From contig CANQRH010000003.1 of the NCBI GenBank assembly GCA_947626225.1, positions 35,363 to 99,362 on the forward strand: a stretch of 64,000 nucleotides of DNA, read 5' to 3'. A program made the position numbers and the translations under genes. The notes under the pieces are model-generated. The model saw only the letters and a program-made list of their open reading frames with translations, did not search any database and had not been told where the DNA came from. Shown here in pieces: positions 56,911 through 64,000 of the stretch (position 1 is the stretch's first letter; each line of letters starts with the position of its first letter). The stretch comes from Candidatus Gastranaerophilales bacterium. Its GTDB lineage: Bacteria > Cyanobacteriota > Vampirovibrionia > Gastranaerophilales > Gastranaerophilaceae.

Positions 56911-58689
56911 TCAATGTACAGACTTATGTTCCAACGCATCCAAGCGCTGATTTATTCTTTTTTGTTCCGCTTGAACCTGTTTTAAGGTTTCTGTGAGTTC
57001 GGAAACTTTGCGGTCTAATTCTTTTACGGCATTGACTAAAGTATAGATAATGTCATCTATACGTATGGTTAAGAACCCGTCAGAGCCTTTTTTAACGGCA
57101 TCGGGAAGGATTTTTTGAAGTTCTTGTGCGATGACGCCGACTCTGGGTTCTTTGTCTTTATCTTTTTTGAAGGTGAAGTTGTAGACTTTCATCTTTTTAA
57201 TTGCGTCTAAACCGTTTTTATTTTCACCTTTAATATATTTCAGACGTTTGTCAGATTGGACTGCGGTGCCCTTTACGGTTAGAGTTTGTGATACGGCGAG
57301 TGTTCCTGGGATTTTTACATTATGCTTGCTAGAGCCTAAAACAAAATCATAGTCTTTCTCTGCCAGTGCTCTATAACCAATCGCAACAGAACGTAAACCG
57401 GAGGCTATTGCAGAATAGGGGTACCGCGTATTCCCATCATCATTATATGCAGCACCATCATTTGGACATATCACCAGAGAGGATTTACCTGTAGCATGAG
57501 CACTATTACCTATTGCTACAGAATAGTCACCCGAAGCTAAAGTAAGTCTTCCCATTCCAACAGAATAATTACCGCTTGCTTGAGCACCTGCTAATGCAAA
57601 AGCCCACTGACCGCTTGCTGTTGTTTGTGCCTTCTTATAAGAAGAAGCGCTACCTATTGCTATAGAATAGTATGCAGTTGCTTTTGAATAATTACCCATT
57701 GCTATACTATGATCACCGGTAGTTTCGTTACCCATACCTATTGCCATAGAGAACGAGGGTCCTGATACTGAATTTACTCCCCCAAATGCATAGCCGGTAC
57801 CTGTATCATACGGTGAAGCTAATGCTGTGGTATTACTATACCCAACAACTACAGAGTTATATCCGTTTAATTCATTAAAGCTCCCAAATGCATAGCCTCC
57901 TTCGGGTGATTTATTTTGCTGGCCAAACAAATAACTATTGGCACCTATTTCTGTATTCCTTTCACCTATTACACAACTACCACCACCACTGGATGAAGCG
58001 GGTGTAGTATTGTTTTCTCCTAATACATACAAATCATTACCTTTTACATTATTACTCTTTCCGATTACGGTTCCCCTAAGCCCATTCACGGTATTTTCGG
58101 TTCCAAATACCATAGCATTTCTTCCTTCCCCCTCTATTGTATTCTTATATCCGAGCATTACAGAAGAAGTTGGGAAAACGAAACGATCCTCCGCAATGGC
58201 ATTACCAAAACCAATAGATATGCCGCCGTCATATTTATATGAATTTGTAGTTGTATCTCCGAGTATAAGACCCTTATAATCGCTAGAAAGGTTCCACATA
58301 TCTAAACGCCCGACAATACCGTTAGAATTCTTAAACAAAATATCGTTTTTATCATCTTTTCCCTTATTAAAAATCAGCATTGCATCGCCGTCATCTTCTT
58401 CGGCCGCACTTTGACCAATCATGTTTCTTGAAGCCTGAGAATAAGCATCAGTCTCAGAATCCTCAACCCATTTCCACGGATTGTTATCTTCTTGGGGTGC
58501 GGCAGCTTCACCCGCTTTCAATGCCTGATCGGCTTTTATCCTCGTTGTAATGATTGGCGCCATGGCAGCCAAAACTATACTCATAATAAGCATGACTACC
58601 ATCATTTCGGCAAGCGAAAACGCCGATTTTTCCGTTAAAGTTCCGTATTTTCCATCATTACCGTTTACAAAAAGTTGACTCTTTTTCAT
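56911..58689 (-). CDS. prepilin-type N-terminus / YadA-like head-repeat / peptidase-S74 (intramolecular chaperone) fusion protein
   Basis: SAFSLAEMMVVMLIMSIVLAAMAPII. Many SxAxG-type repeats (SIAIGSASS, SVAIGNSAHATG, SVAIGYRALA). C-terminal SDKRLKYIKGE...VYNFTFK...RVGVIAQELQKILPDAV followed by a coiled coil. Confidence 0.8.
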   Translation of the reverse strand: MKKSQLFVNGNDGKYGTLTEKSAFSLAEMMVVMLIMSIVLAAMAPIITTRIKADQALKAGEAAAPQEDNNPWKWVEDSETDAYSQASRNMIGQSAAEEDDGDAMLIFNKGKDDKNDILFKNSNGIVGRLDMWNLSSDYKGLILGDTTTNSYKYDGGISIGFGNAIAEDRFVFPTSSVMLGYKNTIEGEGRNAMVFGTENTVNGLRGTVIGKSNNVKGNDLYVLGENNTTPASSSGGGSCVIGERNTEIGANSYLFGQQNKSPEGGYAFGSFNELNGYNSVVVGYSNTTALASPYDTGTGYAFGGVNSVSGPSFSMAIGMGNETTGDHSIAMGNYSKATAYYSIAIGSASSYKKAQTTASGQWAFALAGAQASGNYSVGMGRLTLASGDYSVAIGNSAHATGKSSLVICPNDGAAYNDDGNTRYPYSAIASGLRSVAIGYRALAEKDYDFVLGSSKHNVKIPGTLAVSQTLTVKGTAVQSDKRLKYIKGENKNGLDAIKKMKVYNFTFKKDKDKEPRVGVIAQELQKILPDAVKKGSDGFLTIRIDDIIYTLVNAVKELDRKVSELTETLKQVQAEQKRINQRLDALEHKSVH

Positions 58690-58796
58690 ATTTTCTCCAA
58701 AAAATTTGACTATCTGTCATAATTATATGATTATTAGTCTAAATTGTCAACAAAAAATATGCCTATTGAGCTATTTTTTATAAAATATATTCATTT

Positions 58797-59132
58797 ATGA
58801 TTTCTTATATGGAGAATTTGAAAACCAAACTTGGCAGAAGAATTAAAAACCTGCGTAAAGACAGGAACATAACTCAAGAACAGCTGGCTGAAATGATTAA
58901 CATGGATATTACAAGCCTCAGCAAAATTGAAACGGGCAGAAATTATCCGCAATCCGAAACACTCGAAAGGATTTCGGATGCGTTAAATGTTGACGTAGAC
59001 AAGCTTTTTCAGTTTAACAATCGCCTTTGTCCGAAAGATTATGTTGACGGAATCAACAAAAACATTCGCGATTTATACAATAATGAAGAAAAATTAAAAA
59101 TATTATATTGTGTGTCTTCCGCTCTTATATAA
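58797..59132 (+). CDS. XRE-family helix-turn-helix transcriptional regulator
   Basis: LGRRIKNLRKDRNITQEQLAEMINMDITSLSKIETGRNYPQSETLERISDALNV. Confidence 0.8.
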   Translation: MISYMENLKTKLGRRIKNLRKDRNITQEQLAEMINMDITSLSKIETGRNYPQSETLERISDALNVDVDKLFQFNNRLCPKDYVDGINKNIRDLYNNEEKLKILYCVSSALI

Positions 59133-59191
59133 ATTAATTAAATCTTAATATTTTCTTATAGTAAAAAAAATTATTTTGGATTATTATACTG

Positions 59192-60811
59192 TTGATGAAA
59201 TATTCTAAATACTCCGCAGTAATAATAGGAAGCGGTATTGCAGGATTGTATGCCGCATTAAAAACAGAACAGCAGGTAAATTTGCCTGACGGTTTGCTTT
59301 TGATTACCAAATCAAAACTGGGAGAAAGCAACTCCAGATATGCTCAAGGCGGTATTGTCGGAGTTATGAAAGAAAATAAATCCGATTCAACGGCTTCGCA
59401 TATCTCCGATACAATCAAAGCGGGAGCAGGTTTGAGCGAATTTAATACCGTAAAATATATCTCGGAACACTCGGATGAAGTCGTCAAAGACCTTTTGAAA
59501 TTCGGTGTTGAATTTGACCGCGATGAAGATAACAACCTGTGTTTTACCAAAGAAGCCGCCCACAGCGTAAGAAGAATACTTCATTCGGGCGGAGATGCCA
59601 CGGGCAAAATGATTGAACAGGCTCTGTGCAAAAAAGTAAAAGAAAACAGTGAAATTCAAATATATGAACAGACTGATGCAGTCGATTTACTCGTAAAAAA
59701 CAACGAATGCAAAGGTGTTATAATATTTAATAATATAACGGGGCAGTATGAAACGGTTTATTCATCCGCAGTTTTCCTTGCAACCGGCGGAATAGGCCAG
59801 TTATACAAATATACAACCAACCCCGCAGGAGCCACAGGCGACGGGATTGCACTTGCATACAGAGCCGGAGCGGTATTACAGGATATGGAGTTTATTCAAT
59901 TTCACCCCACCGCACTCGCAATCGATAACGATGAAAACAGATTTCTAATCAGCGAAGCCGTCAGAGGAGAAGGCGCAAAGTTATGCGATGCCGACGGTGT
60001 TGAATTTATGTATAAATACGATGAAAGAAAAGAACTTGCTCCGAGAGATATCGTTACCAGAGCAAACTTTAATGAAATGATTGAACATAATGTAAATAAC
60101 GTTTACCTCAACGCTTCCTGCATTGAAAACAAAAAATTGGCAAAAAGATTTCCGAATATTTCAAAAAAATGTCTGGAAAACGGAATTGATATTTCACATG
60201 ATTTTATACCGGTTGCGCCTGCGGCACATTATTTCATGGGCGGGGTAAAAACAAATATTAAAGGCGAAACCTCAATCAAAGGACTGTACGCTATCGGTGA
60301 AGTTGCATCAACCGGACTTCACGGCGGAAACAGACTCGCAAGCAATTCACTGCTTGAATGCGTTGTTTGCGCTTACACCGCCGCAGAATATTTAAAATCA
60401 ATTAACCTTAAAACACCCAAACAAATTGATGAAGAACTTAAATCCGTCATTGACGAATACAACAACGAAGATATTATACTTGATGAAATTGACGTTTCAT
60501 CGCTTAAAACCAAACTTCAAAATATCATGTGGAATTATGCGGGAATTTTGAGAAACGAACAAGATTTATGCCTTGCACTGGAAGAATTTGAAGAACTTCA
60601 ACGGGAATTTCCGCGTAAAAACAAATGCTTAAACAGAGAAGAATATGAATTCAGAAATATGCTCGTTGTTTCCCGCCTGATTGTTCAATGCGCACTTTTA
60701 AGAAAAGAATCCAGAGGAGCACATTTCAGAACGGATTACCCTCAAACTTATGATGAATGTATTCACAGCTTTGTAACTAAAAATGAAGGAGTACCCGATT
60801 TTGTTAAGTAA
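59192..60811 (+). CDS. nadB: L-aspartate oxidase
   Basis: VIIGSGIAGL FAD fold, HYFMGG, RLASNSLLE, ESRGAHFR. Confidence 0.95.
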   Translation: MMKYSKYSAVIIGSGIAGLYAALKTEQQVNLPDGLLLITKSKLGESNSRYAQGGIVGVMKENKSDSTASHISDTIKAGAGLSEFNTVKYISEHSDEVVKDLLKFGVEFDRDEDNNLCFTKEAAHSVRRILHSGGDATGKMIEQALCKKVKENSEIQIYEQTDAVDLLVKNNECKGVIIFNNITGQYETVYSSAVFLATGGIGQLYKYTTNPAGATGDGIALAYRAGAVLQDMEFIQFHPTALAIDNDENRFLISEAVRGEGAKLCDADGVEFMYKYDERKELAPRDIVTRANFNEMIEHNVNNVYLNASCIENKKLAKRFPNISKKCLENGIDISHDFIPVAPAAHYFMGGVKTNIKGETSIKGLYAIGEVASTGLHGGNRLASNSLLECVVCAYTAAEYLKSINLKTPKQIDEELKSVIDEYNNEDIILDEIDVSSLKTKLQNIMWNYAGILRNEQDLCLALEEFEELQREFPRKNKCLNREEYEFRNMLVVSRLIVQCALLRKESRGAHFRTDYPQTYDECIHSFVTKNEGVPDFVK

Positions 60812-61631
60812 ATTTTATGTACAAGAACATGTAAAACAAGCATTGGCAGAGGATATCGGCTTTGGCGACATCACAACCGAAAACCTTGCGGGTGAAAAAG
60901 ATTATCTGAAAGCTGAACTGAATACAAGAAGCGAAGGTGTTTTATGCGGATGCGATGTTTTTAAAACAGTTTTTGAAATACTTTCGGATAAAGTTGTTAT
61001 AAATTTTCATTTTAAAGACGGCGACAAAATCAAAAAAGGAGACAAAATTGCCGACATTGAAGGTCCCGCAAAAGATTTACTCATGGGAGAACGCGTATCG
61101 CTGAATTACCTTCAAAGAATGTCGGGAATTGCTACGGAAACCCGAAAATATCAGGATGCAATCGCGCCTTATTCCGCAAAAATTGTCGATACAAGAAAAA
61201 CAACACCGAATTTCAGAGCGTTTGAAAAGTATTCCGTAAAAATCGGCGGCGGAGCTTTACACAGATTTAACCTCGCAGATTGCGCAATGATTAAAGATAA
61301 CCACATCAGGCTCGCAGGCTCTATTGAAAATGCCGTAAAAAAATTGCGCGAAAATATCTCGCACGCACACAAAATTGAAGTTGAATGCGATACTTTTGAA
61401 CAGGTTAAAGAAGCCGTCAAATCAGGTGCGGACATTATTATGCTCGATAACATGCCCGTTGATTTGATGAAAATGGCAGTTGAATATATAAATCATCGGG
61501 CAATTGTTGAAGCAAGCGGAAATGTAAATCTTGATACGGTTAACAGTATTGCATCCGCAGGTGTTGACATTATCTCATCAAGCGCAATTGTCGCAAAAGC
61601 TCCGACTCTTGATATTGCACTAGATATGTAA
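60783..61631 (+). CDS. nadC: nicotinate-nucleotide pyrophosphorylase (carboxylating)
   Basis: ALAEDIGFGDITT, RKTTPNFR, IMLDNM. The exact start is uncertain because it overlaps nadB. Confidence 0.9.
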   Translation: MKEYPILLSKFYVQEHVKQALAEDIGFGDITTENLAGEKDYLKAELNTRSEGVLCGCDVFKTVFEILSDKVVINFHFKDGDKIKKGDKIADIEGPAKDLLMGERVSLNYLQRMSGIATETRKYQDAIAPYSAKIVDTRKTTPNFRAFEKYSVKIGGGALHRFNLADCAMIKDNHIRLAGSIENAVKKLRENISHAHKIEVECDTFEQVKEAVKSGADIIMLDNMPVDLMKMAVEYINHRAIVEASGNVNLDTVNSIASAGVDIISSSAIVAKAPTLDIALDM

Positions 61632-62306
61632 ATGCTTGATTACAGCTTTTGTAAACGCTTCGGCAGACTGATAGTTTTGTGCCGTTATTAAATTGCCGTC
61701 CTCTATGACATTGACTTCGCCTATCGTTCCCTGAGTGAACAGTGCTCCCGCATCTCTCAATGCATCTTCAAGGAAAAACGGAATTACGCTTTCTTTTTTG
61801 GCATAAATTTCTTCTTCGTTGGTAAAGCATGTCAATTTTTTGCCGTTAACAAAAGAAATTCCTTCCTCTTTTGCCGACAGAAGTCCTGCAGGGCCGTGAC
61901 ATATTGCCGCAACAAGCTTTCCGCGTTTGTCATAATCGTTAATAATCATACCGAGCGTTTCGTTATTATATAAATCAACCAAAGGACCGTGTCCGCCCGG
62001 AAGTATGAGAGCTTCGTACTGCGTAAAATCAACGGTATCAAGAGCTTCGGTATCGCCCAGAGCCTGTTTTGCTTTGTTCCATTTGATATCGTTTATAAAA
62101 CTCTTGCTCGCCTCATCAATCGGAGCTTCTCCGCCTTTAGGCGAAGCAACCGTAACCGCTACATCTTTGTTTACCAGCGCAAGATAAGGTACGGCAAATT
62201 CCTCAAACCAAACTCCCGTCGGATAATTGTCTTTTAATTCCGATGCACTTGTTACAACCATTAAAACTTTTCGCTGTCCGAAATTGCATTCACAAGATTC
62301 ACTCAT
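61620..62306 (-). CDS. DJ-1/PfpI-family (class I glutamine amidotransferase-like) protein
   Basis: ALILPGGHGP and the nucleophile elbow AAICHGPAGL. Confidence 0.8.
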   Translation of the reverse strand: MSESCECNFGQRKVLMVVTSASELKDNYPTGVWFEEFAVPYLALVNKDVAVTVASPKGGEAPIDEASKSFINDIKWNKAKQALGDTEALDTVDFTQYEALILPGGHGPLVDLYNNETLGMIINDYDKRGKLVAAICHGPAGLLSAKEEGISFVNGKKLTCFTNEEEIYAKKESVIPFFLEDALRDAGALFTQGTIGEVNVIEDGNLITAQNYQSAEAFTKAVIKHLHI

Positions 62307-62441
62307 AAATTTTCCCTCCGATAATATAAAAACTTTTATTCACGTTTTTTTCATTACCTGCAAGGATATAGGTATTTGTACAGATTATAAAAAACCGGAA
62401 TGCGAAGCTTCTTCGCATGGCGAACTGACACTTAAATAAAT

Positions 62442-62513
62442 ATTTCGTTCGCGCAGCGAACCGTAACGAACCTAATAACTTAATAACCCAGTAACTTAGT
62501 AACCTAATAACTT
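62442..62513 (+). repeat. composite element of a hairpin (gttcgc-gca-gcgaac), cgtaacgaac and 5 x nnTAACYT
   Basis: atttcgttcgcgcagcgaaccgtaacgaacctaataacttaataacccagtaacttagtaacctaataactt. Confidence 0.8.
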
Positions 62514-62623
62514 CTACCCCCACATATTTAACGGATAAATTAGCATTTCTCAGATGTAATATCTTGACTTACTTCCTTCACAGCGTACAATATCAGATGT
62601 ATATAACCGAAGGGAGTATAGAA

Positions 62624-63328
62624 ATGTTGGATCGTATACAAGTAACAAAAGAAGTAGAAGAAATGTGCTGTGTAAAACGCGGCGTAAAAGGCGAACCTGC
62701 TCCTATCCCTCAAGAAGGCGAATGGACAAAGGTAAAAGAAATTAAGGAAATTTCAGGTCTTACCCACGGCTGCGGGTGTTGTGCACCTCAACAGGGTACT
62801 TGCAAATTGACCTTGAACGTAAAAGACGGTATCATTCAGGAAGCTCTTATTGAAACTCTCGGATGTTCCGGTATGACACACTCTGCTGCTATGGCAGGCG
62901 AAATTCTTCCGGGTAAAACGATTTTGGAAGCTCTTAATACAGACCTTGTCTGTGACGCAATTAACGTTGCAATGAGAGAATTATTCCTGCAGATTGTTTA
63001 CGGCAGAACTCAAACGGCATTCTCGGAAAACGGTTTGCCTGTCGGTGCGGGACTTGAAGATTTAGGAAAAGGCTTGCGTTCACAAGTCGGAACAATTCAT
63101 TCCACAAAGCAAAAAGGTGTAAGATACCTTGAATTGGCAGAAGGATACGTTCTGGAATTGGGCTTGGACAAAAATAACGAAGTTATCGGATACAAATTCG
63201 TTCACCTCGGCAAATTTATGGAAGCCGTTAAAAAAGGTGTTGATCCGAAAGAAGCTCTGGAAAAATTCACAAGCACTTACGGAAGATTTAACGATGCCGT
63301 TAAAAAGATTGATCCCAGAGTTGAATAA
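62624..63328 (+). CDS. NifU/IscU-N-like Fe-S scaffold-domain protein
   Basis: GCGCCAP...LGCSGMTHSAAMAGEILPGKTILEALN resembles the IscU Cys/GKT region. Start moved to ATG 62624 (AGGGAG SD). Confidence 0.55.
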   Translation: MLDRIQVTKEVEEMCCVKRGVKGEPAPIPQEGEWTKVKEIKEISGLTHGCGCCAPQQGTCKLTLNVKDGIIQEALIETLGCSGMTHSAAMAGEILPGKTILEALNTDLVCDAINVAMRELFLQIVYGRTQTAFSENGLPVGAGLEDLGKGLRSQVGTIHSTKQKGVRYLELAEGYVLELGLDKNNEVIGYKFVHLGKFMEAVKKGVDPKEALEKFTSTYGRFNDAVKKIDPRVE

Positions 63329-63356
63329 GCGCTAACATAATTATGAGGTAATAGAA

Positions 63357-64000
63357 ATGGTAAAATTTGAAGGACAAGACAGACGTCAGGCAAAATTAAA
63401 TAAAATATTGCCCGAATACGGATTCAAATCATTGGAAGAAGCTCAAGAACTTTGCAAATCCAAAGGGATTGATGTAGATGCCATAGTAAAAGGAATTCAG
63501 CCTATAGCATTTGAAAATGCGGTATGGGCATATACACTCGGTGCTGCAATAGCACTTAAAAAAGAAGCAAAAGATGCGGCAGAAGCTGCAAGTTTAATCG
63601 GTGAAGGTTTACAGGCCTTTGCAGTTCCCGGTTCTGTCGGTGATACAAGAAAAGTCGGCTTGGGACACGGTAATCTCGCTGCTATGCTTTTGAGAGAAGA
63701 AACAAAATGCTTCTGTTTTCTGGCAGGCCATGAATCTTTCGCCGCTGCGGAAGGTGCAATCGGTATTGCAAGAAACGCTAACAAAGTAAGAAAAGAACCG
63801 CTCAGAGTAATTTTGAACGGTTTGGGAAAAGATGCGGCTTATGTAATTTCAAGAATTAACGGCTTTACATCAGTTGAAACAAAATACGATTACAAAACGG
63901 GTGAATTGAAAGTTGTTAAAGAAACTCCGTTCTCGGACGGTGAAAGAGCAAAAGTTAAATGCTACGGTGCGGATGATGTATCGGAAGGTGTTGCAATCAT
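63357..64000 (+). CDS. GGGtGRT-family-like protein, 5' fragment (runs off the window)
   Basis: GAGGT SD, and an open frame from ATG 63357 to the window end (MVKFEGQDRRQAKLNKILPEYGFKSLEEAQELCKSKGIDV...). The family call is from memory of N-terminal similarity and its usual pairing with a NifU-like gene. Confidence 0.45.
   Translation, partial: MVKFEGQDRRQAKLNKILPEYGFKSLEEAQELCKSKGIDVDAIVKGIQPIAFENAVWAYTLGAAIALKKEAKDAAEAASLIGEGLQAFAVPGSVGDTRKVGLGHGNLAAMLLREETKCFCFLAGHESFAAAEGAIGIARNANKVRKEPLRVILNGLGKDAAYVISRINGFTSVETKYDYKTGELKVVKETPFSDGERAKVKCYGADDVSEGVAI

Noticed and set aside
56911-59132. Prophage remnant, suggested by an S74 tail-fibre domain beside an XRE regulator
   Set aside because: No other phage genes (capsid, terminase, integrase, tail tube) flank it, and the neighbours are housekeeping genes (ROK kinase, nadBC). 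The protein has a prepilin N-terminus, so it reads as a host surface protein that has co-opted the S74 module.
63497-63784. Listed 95-aa minus-strand ORF
   Set aside because: It is antisense to the much longer SD-preceded plus-strand frame 63357 onward. It is Ala/Ser/Pro-rich shadow translation.

Overview
Visibly AT-rich bacterial chromosomal window from a diderm organism: it carries lpxD-lpxC-fabZ-lpxA, mlaEF and a heptose-1-P adenylyltransferase. The taxon cannot be fixed from sequence alone. The recurrent prepilin N-terminus FTLAEVLITLGIIGVVAALTIP and the gene content resemble uncultured gut lineages such as Melainabacteria or Elusimicrobia (low-confidence inference). The housekeeping backbone includes ffh, coaBC, gmk, trxA, glyS, priA, dapB, asd, holA, holB, nadB, nadC, tRNA-Ser(UGA) and tRNA-Gln(UUG). 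Accessory and contingency content interrupts it. (1) A glycan islet at 0.3-5.4 kb holds three full-length paralogous radical-SAM genes, each with its own long homopolymer tract (G9, G10, A9). The A9 copy is currently out of frame with its SD/ATG. The islet also has a DUF4422 gene, a GT2 gene containing a perfect 51-bp palindrome, and a 140-bp segment flanked by 15-bp inverted repeats in the divergent promoter region. (2) A pilin-like gene has a C10 tract between an exact-consensus promoter, SD and ATG and its prepilin domain, and is frame-OFF. (3) A divergent pair encodes a 527-aa membrane protein and a 3224-aa giant protein. The giant protein has an EF-hand, Gly/Ala-rich hydrophobic blocks, a GNAT-like domain, four roughly 93-110-aa repeats and two duplicated roughly 500-aa GHKL/HSP90-like modules, one with HExxH. 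A related 1560-aa protein lies at 28-33 kb. (4) A convergent pair of exact-consensus promoters at 46.2-46.4 kb drives overlapping small transcripts, one carrying a strong-SD 24-codon hydrophobic ORF (type I toxin-antitoxin-like). (5) One protein combines a prepilin N-terminus, YadA-like head repeats and a C-terminal S74 intramolecular-chaperone domain. (6) Several intergenic repeat families and a GC-rich structured spacer have no obvious assignment. No CRISPR array, transposase, integrase or rRNA was seen. All domain calls come from motif recognition by eye, and no database search was run.
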